From: an uncultured cyanobacterium
GTDB taxonomy: Bacteria > Cyanobacteriota > Cyanobacteriia > Cyanobacteriales > Nostocaceae
NCBI GenBank assembly: GCA_963706595.1
Contig: OY970166.1
Span: forward strand, 4,192,001-4,256,000
Direction: 5' to 3'
Length of the DNA: 64,000 nt
Positions 1-10,334 of the stretch are shown here, piece after piece; position 1 is the stretch's first letter, and each line of letters starts with the position of its first letter. A program made the translations under genes and the position numbers. A model generated the notes under the pieces. It did no database searches, had not been told where the DNA came from, and worked only from the letters and a program-made list of their open reading frames with translations.

Positions 1-449
1 ATATCTCTATGAACTAAAGGATAAATTTTACCTTCAACATGAATACCTTGATGAGCGCACTGTAAACCCAAACAAATTTGACGAGCCAGATTCAAAAAAT
101 TAGGCAAAGGCATGGGAATTAAATCTTTTAAACTCTTGCCATTCAGATATTCCATAACATAGAAAGGTTTCCCAGTTTCACTTACACCATAATCATGCGC
201 CCTGACTATATGTAGGCTTTTCTGACTCAATGCTGCACTCATCAAGGCTTCATGAATAAAATCCTGTTTCATTTTGGGACTGGAAACAGTTTGAGCCAGG
301 AATTTGACCGCCACGGGGATTCCACCTAGCAAAATATCCTCGGCTAAGAAGACTTCACCCATTCCCCCTTTACCAATTAAACCCTTGAGTTGATAACGTT
401 TAGCCAGTAACCCTGTATTTTTTGAAGAAGTAAATGCACCTTGAACCAC
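1..449 (-). CDS. Ser/Thr protein kinase, N-terminal part (runs off window start); tandem paralogue of 529..2127
   Basis: Not in ORF track. Manual translation from GTG at 449 (AGAGG upstream): MVQGAFTSSKNTGLLAKRYQLKGLIGKGGMGEVFLAED...VAVKFL...PFYVMEYL...LVHRD; Gly-loop, VAVK and HRD present. Confidence 0.9.
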   Translation of the reverse strand, partial: MVQGAFTSSKNTGLLAKRYQLKGLIGKGGMGEVFLAEDILLGGIPVAVKFLAQTVSSPKMKQDFIHEALMSAALSQKSLHIVRAHDYGVSETGKPFYVMEYLNGKSLKDLIPMPLPNFLNLARQICLGLQCAHQGIHVEGKIYPLVHRD

Positions 450-528
450 TTTTTAAACCTCTTTTTTTTGCAAATTTTAATAATTTAATTAAAATTAAAA
501 ATTTCCCTCTAAGCTCTTTGTAATGGGT

Positions 529-2127
529 TCAATTACCCGCTAAATTTTGCAAAATTTTATTAAATAAATTTGCTGCCCAAGTTTTAAAATCTTGTTTGGT
601 TATTGAGGGATTGATGGCTATCTTGTTTAATAGTTGAAATTTAAATTTTTTGTATTCTGTTTTTAACAAAGTTTTAGCTTGGCTAGAGGAAATAAACTCA
701 TTTGACTTTTGACTCAGCATGAGCCAATCGGTAAGTTGCTGACGCTGGCTAGCAGTTAAAGTCAAAGTCATGACATGGGCGCAACGGCTCGGTTCTTCCA
801 TTGCAAAAAATAACAAATGATAGTAGCCTGTATCTGCTAAAGTTCTGACTATCTTCTGTCCACGATCATCTTGAATGTCTAAGAAATAAGATAGCCAGCG
901 TGCCAAAGAAGACTGAGTATCATATAGTACGGTTATCCACAACAGCATCGGGTAGATATTCATTTTGGCAATAAATTCAGTTTTATGACTTTTATCAAGT
1001 AATTGGGTAATTTCTTTTTGGGGTAACATTGCCCAAAAAGTTGGTAATAAACTTTGATGGCTATGTAACAAATGAGGAAAACCAATGGGAGCGATTGGTT
1101 TATGTTTAGGCCAAGTTTTCTGCCAACACTCTTTTTCTGATAGTGAAGTGAGAGGTACTAATTGTACAGATGAAGAATTTTGCTGAACATTGCTATTATT
1201 GCCAGTTTGACTATTAACTATGTCTAATTTAACCTGTTTTAAAACTGCTAATATTTTACTAATATTTGCGGGGCGATCGCTAACTTCTTTTGCTAAACAA
1301 CTCAAGACTAAATTTTGTAATTTTAGTGGTATTTTTACCTGTGAGTTCACTTGTTCAAATGCTAGTGGTGTTTGAAAGTGATGAGCCTGATACCAACTAC
1401 CAAAGGAGTTACTTTGGGTTTTAAATGGATGTTTACCTGTGAGCATCTCAAACATCAAAACTCCCAAACTATAAATATCTGAGCGTACATCTAGTAGTTT
1501 ACGTCCTTCCATGTGTTCTGGGGAAGAGTAAGGTAAACTACCAATAAAAGAATCAGTAAGTGTTATCCCACTGCGCTCAGTTAAAAACTTGGCAATCCCA
1601 AAGTCGAGAATTCGCACATTTTCGCCTTGTTTGACATCTTCAAGAATAAATATATTTTCTGGTTTAATATCTCGATGTACAATCGGATAAATTTCACCTT
1701 TGAGACTGATACCTTGATGAGCGTACTGTAGACCTAAACAAATTTGATAACAAATATATAAAAATTTTCCTATTGTCAGTGGCTGCTGTTTAATGATTGT
1801 CTTCAAATTTTTCCCTTGAAGATATTCCATAACATAAAAGGGAGTTTGATCATCTGTCACGCCATAACTGAAAATACGAACAATATTTTTACTTTTACGG
1901 CCAAGTTGAGCGCCAATAAAAATTTCTCTAGCAAAGCGTTGGGACATTTTTTGAGTTTCTAGACTCATTATGAGAATTTTTACCGCAACTTGCATCCGCC
2001 CTTTCGATAAATCTTCTGCTAGGTAAACTCTACCCATTCCCCCTTTACCAATCAAGTCTTTTATTAAATAGCGATTGTTTAAAAATTTTCCAATATAAAT
2101 ATCAATTTCGGTTTCTGGCTTGAGCAT
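529..2127 (-). CDS. Hanks-type Ser/Thr protein kinase with C-terminal domain of unknown function
   Basis: GKGGMG, VAVK, HRDIKPEN, DFG, SPE motifs. Confidence 0.93.
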   Translation of the reverse strand: MLKPETEIDIYIGKFLNNRYLIKDLIGKGGMGRVYLAEDLSKGRMQVAVKILIMSLETQKMSQRFAREIFIGAQLGRKSKNIVRIFSYGVTDDQTPFYVMEYLQGKNLKTIIKQQPLTIGKFLYICYQICLGLQYAHQGISLKGEIYPIVHRDIKPENIFILEDVKQGENVRILDFGIAKFLTERSGITLTDSFIGSLPYSSPEHMEGRKLLDVRSDIYSLGVLMFEMLTGKHPFKTQSNSFGSWYQAHHFQTPLAFEQVNSQVKIPLKLQNLVLSCLAKEVSDRPANISKILAVLKQVKLDIVNSQTGNNSNVQQNSSSVQLVPLTSLSEKECWQKTWPKHKPIAPIGFPHLLHSHQSLLPTFWAMLPQKEITQLLDKSHKTEFIAKMNIYPMLLWITVLYDTQSSLARWLSYFLDIQDDRGQKIVRTLADTGYYHLLFFAMEEPSRCAHVMTLTLTASQRQQLTDWLMLSQKSNEFISSSQAKTLLKTEYKKFKFQLLNKIAINPSITKQDFKTWAANLFNKILQNLAGN

Positions 2128-2489
2128 ATTGGGAAAATTTACGGTATTAATAATTGATTAATCCGGCTCTTGCGAGATGCTACGCGTTAGCGGATCTGAT
2201 CCCGTAGCCATGCTCGTCAAAGCTTGACGCTTTAGCCCTACGCGCAGCGTCTCCGTTAGTAGAAGAATGCAGAGAGAAGAAAGAAATAAATAATATTTAA
2301 CTGAACTGTATTCTCTTAAATATTATGTAGCATATTCCTTGAAAAAACCACATAAGAAAATTCACTGAACCTATATATAAGCTAAGATAATTAACCTACA
2401 GATAACAGTGAATTCACGGTAATCGAGCGACTATAACAGAATAAATTTAAAATATAATTTTTCTCATTATAATCGGTTGTGATGAATTT

Positions 2490-3719
2490 TTAACGCCTAA
2501 AAATGGGAATTAACCGACGTAAAAATCTGATTGTGGGTGATTCTATTTTGAGTTTAAAAGCTAAAATTTGCTGACGTTGCACTGAATTAAAATTGTTGTC
2601 ACTAATCAGGATTAATGAGCGTTGTCCATCCGGTAAGCTAGGTCCAAGGGTTAAACCTTCGATATTGTCTAATAATATATCCAGTTTGTTGAATAATACA
2701 CTCAAAGCTCTCAAATCTAAGAGCAGTTTTTTCTTGACTGGTTTGATTTTCTGGAAGTCAACTGCTAAAAGGCTATCGATTTTCTGAATCTCATCAGCAC
2801 CTGCTAAGGAAACTTGAAAAAGCGAAACAGCAAATCCCAAGCCCGTAAAAGAGCGTTCTATACTGAGAAAATTTCCTTGATTATCTAAAGCTAGTAAGTC
2901 AGGTAAGCCACTAGCAAACCTCCCACCGAGATTAAAGATTTCTGGGACTGGTTCAGTTTTGTACAAAAATTCTTTTTCTGGTAATTTTGTGAGCAGATTG
3001 TATTGTAAAATTCGGCAATAACTGCCAAGTTTGGGTTTAGCTGCTGCTCCATCTTGAATTAAAGCATTTTCTGTGGCTGTGAACAAACGCTGATTGTCTG
3101 GTGTAATGCTGAGGCTTTCAAAGGCTAAGTTGTTGCGAATACCCAGTTTACGGTTTTTATCTGGCAAAAACTTATTTGGTACAGGTAATGTTGTGAGTAG
3201 TTGACCATTGGCAAGGGAGAATTCTTGAATAAAAGGATTAATTAATTTTTTGACATCGCCTTCAGAGGAGATGAAAACAGTATCTTTGTTGGTTAAAGCA
3301 ATTCCTTCTGTATCGGTTTCGTCAGCAGGAAAGGGTTGATTATCTTTATTTAAAAGAGTAGTTACACCCACAGGAACAACATCGCTATTTTTTAAGCTCC
3401 CTTTGCTCAAGTCTATTTTTAGGGTGTAAAATCGAGCCGGAGCTTTTTGTCCCCGGTCATCAGAAATAGCATAATAAAGGTTTTTTTTGGCATCGTAGGT
3501 GATTCCTGATAATCCGCCAATTTCTGTATTTTGAAAAGTTGATTTTTGAGGTAAAGTAGCTGCGCCAATAAACTCAATTTTGCTAATTTCAGTAGCATTT
3601 GTATAGGAATTTGTCAAGAAGAAGCTGATAATTACAATGGCAATACTAATGTAAATAATTCGGGGAAAAAGTAAAATTTTTTTGATGCGCTTGATCTTCA
3701 TTTTCATATTGTTGAGCAA
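2490..3719 (-). CDS. Esterase-like activity of phytase family protein, exported (start may be slightly downstream)
   Basis: N-terminal hydrophobic signal; GGLSGI, AISDDRG, DTEGI, NLAFESL, DNIEGL, SDNNF motifs. Confidence 0.85.
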   Translation of the reverse strand: MLNNMKMKIKRIKKILLFPRIIYISIAIVIISFFLTNSYTNATEISKIEFIGAATLPQKSTFQNTEIGGLSGITYDAKKNLYYAISDDRGQKAPARFYTLKIDLSKGSLKNSDVVPVGVTTLLNKDNQPFPADETDTEGIALTNKDTVFISSEGDVKKLINPFIQEFSLANGQLLTTLPVPNKFLPDKNRKLGIRNNLAFESLSITPDNQRLFTATENALIQDGAAAKPKLGSYCRILQYNLLTKLPEKEFLYKTEPVPEIFNLGGRFASGLPDLLALDNQGNFLSIERSFTGLGFAVSLFQVSLAGADEIQKIDSLLAVDFQKIKPVKKKLLLDLRALSVLFNKLDILLDNIEGLTLGPSLPDGQRSLILISDNNFNSVQRQQILAFKLKIESPTIRFLRRLIPIFRR

Positions 3720-3794
3720 TTGTCCTGAGTTCTGGGAAATCCCGCCCCTAACCGTCAGTGAAGAGGGGGATTTAGGTGGATTTTAAAACTAGCG

Positions 3795-3991
3795 TATAGC
3801 GGTTATTAGTTAAGTGAGATACAAGAACCCCACCCCTCACCCCTCCCCGCAAGCGAGGAGGGGAACAAGATTTAAGCGGAAATCTTGTTTTTAGGACTGG
3901 AAACTGTCTTTAATCCAGGATGTGTGTACACCGTAGCCCCGCAAGCGAGGAGGGGGCTATGATGTACTTCATTGAAGTGCATACCGCTATA
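3795..3991. mobile_element. MITE-like element (TATAGCGGT...ACCGCTATA) with an internal insertion
   Basis: Same termini and core as 25943..26044 and 49441..49546, plus an extra segment ending GTGTGTACACCGTAG. Confidence 0.75.
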
Positions 3992-4529
3992 GGTAGGAAC
4001 GATGCTGTCTGCGGCGTTTTTTCGCAAGTTTGCTGAAGAATAGAGAAAAATTGTTTCTACTCTGTTGATTAGACATTGTAGAGTCTACACTGGTTTGTTT
4101 GCTTCTTCTCCAATGGTCGAGGGAGTAAATATTAAAGCTGTGTCCAGCAAGTAAAATAAATAGCACTAGAGCGTAACTCAGCATTGATGTAGCCGCACCC
4201 CAATTTTGGACTGAGGTAACGCCCATTTTTAAGATAATCATCAGGATAAATGTGGCTATGAGGGCGCTGCGAGTTGCTAACCCGATGGTGATTAATACTC
4301 CCACGATTAACTCTACTGGGGGAACGAGGTAGGAGTTAATTCTGACGAGAAATTCGGGAAAATAAGAATCTTTTAGTTGCTCCACTATACCTTCCGCAAA
4401 TCCGGGGATATCGAAGATGCGGGTAAATCCATGATTAAAGTAGTTTACACCGATGAGGATTCGCAGCAATAAATAAGCGATCGCTATATCTTGTGGTTTG
4501 AGGCTAATGTAATTTTTCTGATCATTCAT
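3987..4529 (-). CDS. DoxX family membrane protein
   Basis: LLLRILIG..YFNHG, ELIVGVLITIGLATR, YSLD pattern; four hydrophobic segments. Confidence 0.85.
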   Translation of the reverse strand: MNDQKNYISLKPQDIAIAYLLLRILIGVNYFNHGFTRIFDIPGFAEGIVEQLKDSYFPEFLVRINSYLVPPVELIVGVLITIGLATRSALIATFILMIILKMGVTSVQNWGAATSMLSYALVLFILLAGHSFNIYSLDHWRRSKQTSVDSTMSNQQSRNNFSLFFSKLAKKRRRQHRSYL

Positions 4530-4589
4530 CGCTTTAATTCCAACTATGATTAACGGCGAATTGCATATTTTGATTGCTTTGTCAAGGGT

Positions 4590-5852
4590 TCAAATGGGCA
4601 GAATTAAGCGAACAGCGCGATCGCCTAATAAATAAGTATAAACCCAAGTAAGCAAAACTATTAATCGACTGCGGAATCCAGGTAAATATACTAAGTGAAC
4701 GCCTAACCACATCAGCCATGCGAAAAAGCCTGTAAATGCAAAGTTACCAATTTTGCCGACACCAGAATAACAGCCAATAATTGCTAATCTACCTTTGTTG
4801 AAATAACTAAAGGGTTTTGGTGATTTACCTCGCAGCTGTTGTTGAATATTTCGGGCGACAGCGACACCTTGCTGAAGTGCTTCTGGCGCAACTCCAGCTA
4901 ATGGTTTACCGTTCTGCTCCATATAAGCTAAATCCCCAATCGCATAGACGTTGGGTTGTTCTAGGAGTTGTAAGGTGGGATGAACTAAAAATTTTTCTTT
5001 TTTGGCTGTGGATATCTGCTCTGATGTTTGGGGAGAGTTGGCTTCTAACCCCGCAGTCCAAATCACTGTGGCTGTGGGAATTATTTCGTTGTTTTGCAGA
5101 TATACAGATGCTTTTGTGACTTGGCTAACTCGCGTTTGCAGGTATATTTCTACTCCCAATTGACGGAGTTTATTGTAAGTATAAACTCCCAGTTTTTTTG
5201 GTAGTTCGGCTAATAGGCGATCGCCTGATTGGATGACAATTATTCTCACTTGCTGTAAATCGAGCGTGGGATAATCTCGGCGAAATTTACCGCGCAGCAT
5301 TTCGCTTAACGCCCCAGCCATTTCTACACCTGTCGCACCACCCCCGACAATGGTAAATGTTAGCAGGTGTTGGCGTAGCAGTGGATCAAATTCCTGACTA
5401 GCTAATTCCAAACAAGTAAGAATCCGGTGACGTAATCTGACAGCTTCCTCCAAAGTTCTCATGGGGAAAGCATATTCTGACGCGCCCGTAACACCTAAAT
5501 ACTGAGTTTGGCTACCAGTAGCAAGGACAAGAAAATCATAGGCGATCGCACAACGATCTGTCTCCACAATTTGGGCGGAAAAATCAATGCGCTGCACCTC
5601 AGCCCATAAAAACCGAGTTTTGGGCTTGTCTTGGTGTCGTTTCCGAGAAAATCGCCGCACAATCGTGCGAATAGGGTAAGCAATATACTCTGGTTCTAAC
5701 TGACTTGTCGCTACCTGATACAGTAGTGGTACAAAGGTGTGATAATTATGGCGATCAATTAAACAGACATCTGCTCCAGAATTAGCTAAAGATTGAGCAG
5801 TTTGCAATCCACCAAATCCAGCGCCAACTATGACAATGCGGGGAGTTCTCAA
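4590..5852 (-). CDS. Type II NADH dehydrogenase-like NAD(P)/FAD oxidoreductase
   Basis: Two Rossmann motifs (GAGFGG, GGGATG), PLLYQVA, YAIGD, FSYFNKGRLA. Confidence 0.9.
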   Translation of the reverse strand: MRTPRIVIVGAGFGGLQTAQSLANSGADVCLIDRHNYHTFVPLLYQVATSQLEPEYIAYPIRTIVRRFSRKRHQDKPKTRFLWAEVQRIDFSAQIVETDRCAIAYDFLVLATGSQTQYLGVTGASEYAFPMRTLEEAVRLRHRILTCLELASQEFDPLLRQHLLTFTIVGGGATGVEMAGALSEMLRGKFRRDYPTLDLQQVRIIVIQSGDRLLAELPKKLGVYTYNKLRQLGVEIYLQTRVSQVTKASVYLQNNEIIPTATVIWTAGLEANSPQTSEQISTAKKEKFLVHPTLQLLEQPNVYAIGDLAYMEQNGKPLAGVAPEALQQGVAVARNIQQQLRGKSPKPFSYFNKGRLAIIGCYSGVGKIGNFAFTGFFAWLMWLGVHLVYLPGFRSRLIVLLTWVYTYLLGDRAVRLILPI

Positions 5853-5983
5853 ATTTCCTCTCCTAATTTAGCTAGTTGGTTAAGTTTATATAAACTATAT
5901 TAATTTTTATCTCAATACAAAAAATATTACAATCTACGATAAGTAGAACATTTTACCTGCCAACATTTTAGCCTTGTCAGTCC

Positions 5984-6306
5984 AGTAGTGGCGTGACAAG
6001 GCTAAAATGTTGCAATAGATTTTTGATAAAATTGGGATAAATCAATGTTTTCTGCTTTTTTCCTAATGCACTACTTTAAGCTTGCCACGCTAGTAGTGGC
6101 GTGACAAGGCTAAAATGTTGCAATAGATTTTTGAGAAAATCGAGATAAATCAATGTTGTCTGCTTTTTCCTAATGCCCCATTTTAAGCTTGCCACGCCAG
6201 TAGTGGCGTGACAAGGCTAAAATGTTGCAATAGATTTTTGATAAAATTGGGATAAATCAATGTTTTCTGCTTTTTTCCTAATGCACTACTTTAAGCTTGC
6301 CACGCT
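5984..6306. repeat. Three head-to-tail copies of a 107-108 bp unit with imperfect terminal inverted repeats
   Basis: Units start at 5984, 6092 and 6199 (AGTAGTGGCGTGACAAGGCTAAAATG...AAGCTTGCCACGC); inverted partial copy at 5961-5979. Confidence 0.92.
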
Positions 6307-6307
6307 A

Positions 6308-6386
6308 GTAGGGTGTGTTATCACGAAGTGTAACGCACCGTCTTTCAGGTCTTGGTGCGTTAGGCTAAAGCCATAACACACCCTAC
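6308..6386. repeat. GTAG/CTAC-bounded REP-like doublet
   Basis: GTAGGGTGTGTTA...TAACGCACC / GGTGCGTTA...TAACACACCCTAC; relatives at 14018-14114 and 24921-24952. Confidence 0.8.
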
Positions 6387-6472
6387 ATATACTTAGATTT
6401 TTTCAATAATCAAATCGGATTCCTATGGAAGAAAATGGTAATAGAACAAAGGTTTCAATTTTTGACACCTAA

Positions 6473-6623
6473 GAGGATGTTTTAAAAGTATGGGGCGAAT
6501 ATAATTCGCTACTACACAAGCAAAGTCCGCCTTCGCGGACTAATGAAAAATTAACCCACGTAGGTGGGTTTCGTCTGTGTAGCTGCGACTTCTAGTCGCC
6601 AGGGTTATTTTTTTAACATCCTC
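6473..6623. repeat. MITE-like element (GAGGATGTT...AACATCCTC) flanked by TAA
   Basis: Terminal inverted repeat; the same left end recurs near 10239. Confidence 0.6.
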
Positions 6624-6654
6624 TAAGAATCGTTCATTTTACATTTGTAGTATT

Positions 6655-7080
6655 ATGTACAGTTATTCAAATTTAAGCTCAATACTATCCTGCTTATCAT
6701 CTTTAACTCTTGCAGAGCTAAAATTTATTCAAGAAAATATAAATGTGATTATTACCGAGAAAAATATAGTAAATAATCAGCAAAATATAAAATTACATAA
6801 ATATAAGAGTATTTTAGATTCATCTTTAACCACATTGGTTCGTAGCACTTTACCATCTCAAGATAATTTTACTTTTCTTTCTAATTTATATATCAATCGA
6901 GAAGCTACGGATAATTTAGGTTTAGTTCTAGAACAATTCAAACTCCCTCTAAATCAAAAGTATTCCTCTACTCAAAAACCTGCTCGTCCTTTAGGTGTAT
7001 GGAAAGGGAAGGTAAGAATGTCTGATGATTTCGATGAGTCATCAAGCGATATTCTTTCTGAATTTGGTATAGCATTTTAA
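6655..7080 (+). CDS. Hypothetical protein with DUF2281-like (antitoxin-associated) C-terminal motif
   Basis: C-terminal RPLGVWKGKVRMSDDFDE motif. Confidence 0.6.
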   Translation: MYSYSNLSSILSCLSSLTLAELKFIQENINVIITEKNIVNNQQNIKLHKYKSILDSSLTTLVRSTLPSQDNFTFLSNLYINREATDNLGLVLEQFKLPLNQKYSSTQKPARPLGVWKGKVRMSDDFDESSSDILSEFGIAF

Positions 7081-7109
7081 CCCATACCAGTTTTGCTCAA
7101 GTTGAAATA

Positions 7110-8612
7110 TTAAAAAAGTCGCCAACTAGATTCATTTTCCACAAATTGCACCAGCCAATCCTTCACACTACGAGTAGCGCGACAATCATCTTCATTGTAA
7201 CTTTGAATAATTTCTAGCAAAGTGCGATCGCCTGTTTCCAGCCACTTATCATACCAGTAAATACACTTAGCACCACTAGCTTCCTTTTCCCGCCACTCAA
7301 AGCCCAACCAGCGAGCAATGGCTTTCAGGGCGTAGCTTTCGATAGGTAAGGCGACACTTTGAGTTAATTGTTCATATACATCCACGAAGCGATTTAATAC
7401 AGGACGCACGGAAGAATTGGGAGTGCGGTAAAGTTTCGCCAAGCGTTTCACCGTATCCAATTCATACACACAAAAATGATAAATTGGGGCTTCAGGATAT
7501 TGCCAAACTAAATCTAAAAATTGCTGCCAAATTAATGCTTCGTCTTCTGGTTTTTCAGCGAGAAAAGAATAAAATTTTTCGGTATTGGCTTGCTTATCAA
7601 CTACCAAAATTCCTAAAAGATAATCTAAATCCAAATCTGGCTGTGCTTCAATATCAAAATAAAGCTCCACAGGAGCCGTAAATGTAATATCCTCTGTTCG
7701 TAAGGAATGAGGTAAAAGAAACGGACGTTTTTGCAGTACAGATTGGGCTTGTATAATCAGCTTAGGTGCTACTAAGCTGGTGAAACCAGGAAGGTTTTCT
7801 AGAATCAGAGGGTTAGTATGAGCCAGAGATTCCACAGTGTTGATAGATAAAGCCTGGAGTTGGTTGTAGCGAACAGGTGTAACTCCTGGTAATAAAGAAA
7901 GGTGTTGCTGTGATTGCGCGATCGCATAACATTGATTATACCAATGGCAAAGATTGCACTTCTGGCGGGAAATAAAAACTTCTGGTGGTTCTGGTAACTC
8001 TAAGGCTTGGATAAACTCCCACAAAATGCTCTGCATTTTTGGTATCCATTTGGATAAATCTACTGTATAGTCCCTGTCTTTGGTACGCAAAACCAGCCAA
8101 GCTATTTCCGGCGTAATATCCTGAACCTTTGCCAATACATCAGCGTGAAACGCCGCCACCACCTGATATTCTTGCTTAGGACGCTTACCCAATTCGATAT
8201 TTGCCGGCACATACATCCAATCGCCAAAACAAGATTTTCCTGGCTGTTTTACCAGCAAATCGGGACGACTGATCACAGTGTATTCCAGAGATGGCGAGAA
8301 ATTTTGATTTTCCGGGTCGGCTAAATCGTCAACATTGGCTAACAGCACTCCGCGATAAATGTATTCCACCCCACTCTGCATTAATTCTAAAGTGGCTGCT
8401 TGACCTGCGTCCCAGTCCCCCCGTGGGTAATCTGGTTTGTGATAATAACTTAACTCTGCCAAAATACTCTGACGATGAGCGATTTTATCTTGTTGTAACT
8501 TAACTAGCAACTCATTGGGAGCTTGACGCTGAGGTTTATCGCCGTGAGTATCTAAGACAGGTCGGCGTTTACAGCGTTGATATTGCAGTAGGTGTTCGGC
8601 ATTGATTAACAT
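7110..8612 (-). CDS. TM0106 family RecB-like nuclease with C-terminal RNase H-like domain
   Basis: RPDLL PD-(D/E)xK-like region, C..C.W...C cluster, YFDIE and YNEDDC motifs. Confidence 0.85.
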   Translation of the reverse strand: MLINAEHLLQYQRCKRRPVLDTHGDKPQRQAPNELLVKLQQDKIAHRQSILAELSYYHKPDYPRGDWDAGQAATLELMQSGVEYIYRGVLLANVDDLADPENQNFSPSLEYTVISRPDLLVKQPGKSCFGDWMYVPANIELGKRPKQEYQVVAAFHADVLAKVQDITPEIAWLVLRTKDRDYTVDLSKWIPKMQSILWEFIQALELPEPPEVFISRQKCNLCHWYNQCYAIAQSQQHLSLLPGVTPVRYNQLQALSINTVESLAHTNPLILENLPGFTSLVAPKLIIQAQSVLQKRPFLLPHSLRTEDITFTAPVELYFDIEAQPDLDLDYLLGILVVDKQANTEKFYSFLAEKPEDEALIWQQFLDLVWQYPEAPIYHFCVYELDTVKRLAKLYRTPNSSVRPVLNRFVDVYEQLTQSVALPIESYALKAIARWLGFEWREKEASGAKCIYWYDKWLETGDRTLLEIIQSYNEDDCRATRSVKDWLVQFVENESSWRLF

Positions 8613-8656
8613 TCCTTTAAGTTAACAAGAATTAGCGAAATCTGGTCTAAAAAATC

Positions 8657-8790
<134 letters not shown>

Positions 8791-8873
8791 AGCGTCTGCG
8801 TTTTGACTTGTTCCTGATTCAGTGGCAAAGTGTGAAAATGTCAGAATGGGAAAATTGTTATTTTCAAGGTTTT

Positions 8874-10058
8874 ATGACTAATATTTCGACTGCACAGACT
8901 AAATTAGATCAACATCGGTCACAATTTCCGGCTTTAGCAAATAAGATTTATTTTAATTATGGTGGGCAAGGTCCGATGGCTCAAGGGGCGATGAATGCCA
9001 TTACTCAAACTTTAGCTGACATCCAACAAGCTGGACCTTTTGGGAATGAAGCCTACGCCAAGGTTTCTCAAGCAAAGGAAAGTCTCAGAGATGCGATCGC
9101 CTCCCAGTTGCAAGCACCACCAGAAACCATTACGCTAACAGAAGATGTCACTGTTGGCTGCAATATTGCCATCTGGGGTATTGACTGGCGCGCTGGTGAT
9201 CATCTTCTACTCTCAGACTGCGAACACCCCGGAGTAATTGCTGCATCCCAGGAAATCGCCCGCAGATTTGCTGTAGAAGTTACCACCTGTCCCCTCCAGG
9301 AAACTTTAAATACTGGCGATCCCGTTTCTGTGATTGCTCAACACTTACGCCCCAATACTCGCCTAGTAATTTTAAGTCATGTCTTCTGGAACACCGGACA
9401 AGTTTTACCCCTTGACAAAATTGTAGAAGTATGCAGAGCGAATAATTCTTTGGTTTTAGTGGATGCTGCCCAGTCTGTGGGTTTATTACCTTTAAATTTA
9501 ACCGCATTGGGGGCAGATTTTTATGCCTTCACAGGTCACAAATGGTTATGTGGTCCGGCGGGTGTGGGTGGTTTATATGTCCGTCCCCAAGTTAGAGAGA
9601 ATTTGCAACCGACATTTATCGGCTTGCGTGGTATTGTGGTCGATAGTCAAGCTCAACCTGTGAATTGGCAACCCGATGGACGAAGATATGAAGTATCGAC
9701 ATCAGCGACTTCATTATATGCTGGTTTAACACAGGCGATCGCCATCCATCAGCAATGGGGAACCCCAGAAGCACGTTATCAGCAAATCTGCCATAACAGT
9801 GAGTATCTCTGGCGGAAATTAAATACACTATCCAATGTCCAATGTCTGCGAACTTCCCCACCCGAAAGCGGTATAGTTTCCTTCCAACTTACCCAGCCAC
9901 AATCGCCAGAGCATTTCAAATTGGTACAATTCTTAGAATCACAAAAAATATTAACGCGTACAATTGCTAATCCTGATTGTATCCGCGCCACTGTTCATTA
10001 TTTGACTTTAGAATCCGAAATTGACCAATTAGTTGAGAGTGTACAAAGGTTTGCTTAG
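8874..10058 (+). CDS. Class V PLP enzyme, cystine/cysteine C-S lyase (C-DES type)
   Basis: YFNYGGQGP, EHP, VDAAQSVG, TGHKWLCGP (PLP lysine); ATG at 8874 preferred over the track start 8808. Confidence 0.85.
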   Translation: MTNISTAQTKLDQHRSQFPALANKIYFNYGGQGPMAQGAMNAITQTLADIQQAGPFGNEAYAKVSQAKESLRDAIASQLQAPPETITLTEDVTVGCNIAIWGIDWRAGDHLLLSDCEHPGVIAASQEIARRFAVEVTTCPLQETLNTGDPVSVIAQHLRPNTRLVILSHVFWNTGQVLPLDKIVEVCRANNSLVLVDAAQSVGLLPLNLTALGADFYAFTGHKWLCGPAGVGGLYVRPQVRENLQPTFIGLRGIVVDSQAQPVNWQPDGRRYEVSTSATSLYAGLTQAIAIHQQWGTPEARYQQICHNSEYLWRKLNTLSNVQCLRTSPPESGIVSFQLTQPQSPEHFKLVQFLESQKILTRTIANPDCIRATVHYLTLESEIDQLVESVQRFA

Positions 10059-10334
10059 ACAGGAATCTCTCCCACTCATTACCAGCATCTGTCTCTAAGG
10101 AATGCGGATTTAATAAAATACACCAACCTCACCCCCAACCCCTCTCCTTACTAAGGAGAGGGGAGACTTTGACGCAACTTTTTAGGCGGGGTGAGGTCAA
10201 AACCCAGAATTTGGATGTTATTTAATTCATGTTCCTAAGAGGATGTTTTAAAAGTTGTAGAGACGTTCCATGGAACGTCTCTACATTCTTTATCGGAGAT
10301 GTCTAAGGATCATCTGAAGTATTTTGTCTGATTG

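Noticed and set aside
5984..6306. Possible CRISPR array
   Set aside because: Whole 108-bp units repeat with no unique spacers, and there are no cas genes in the window
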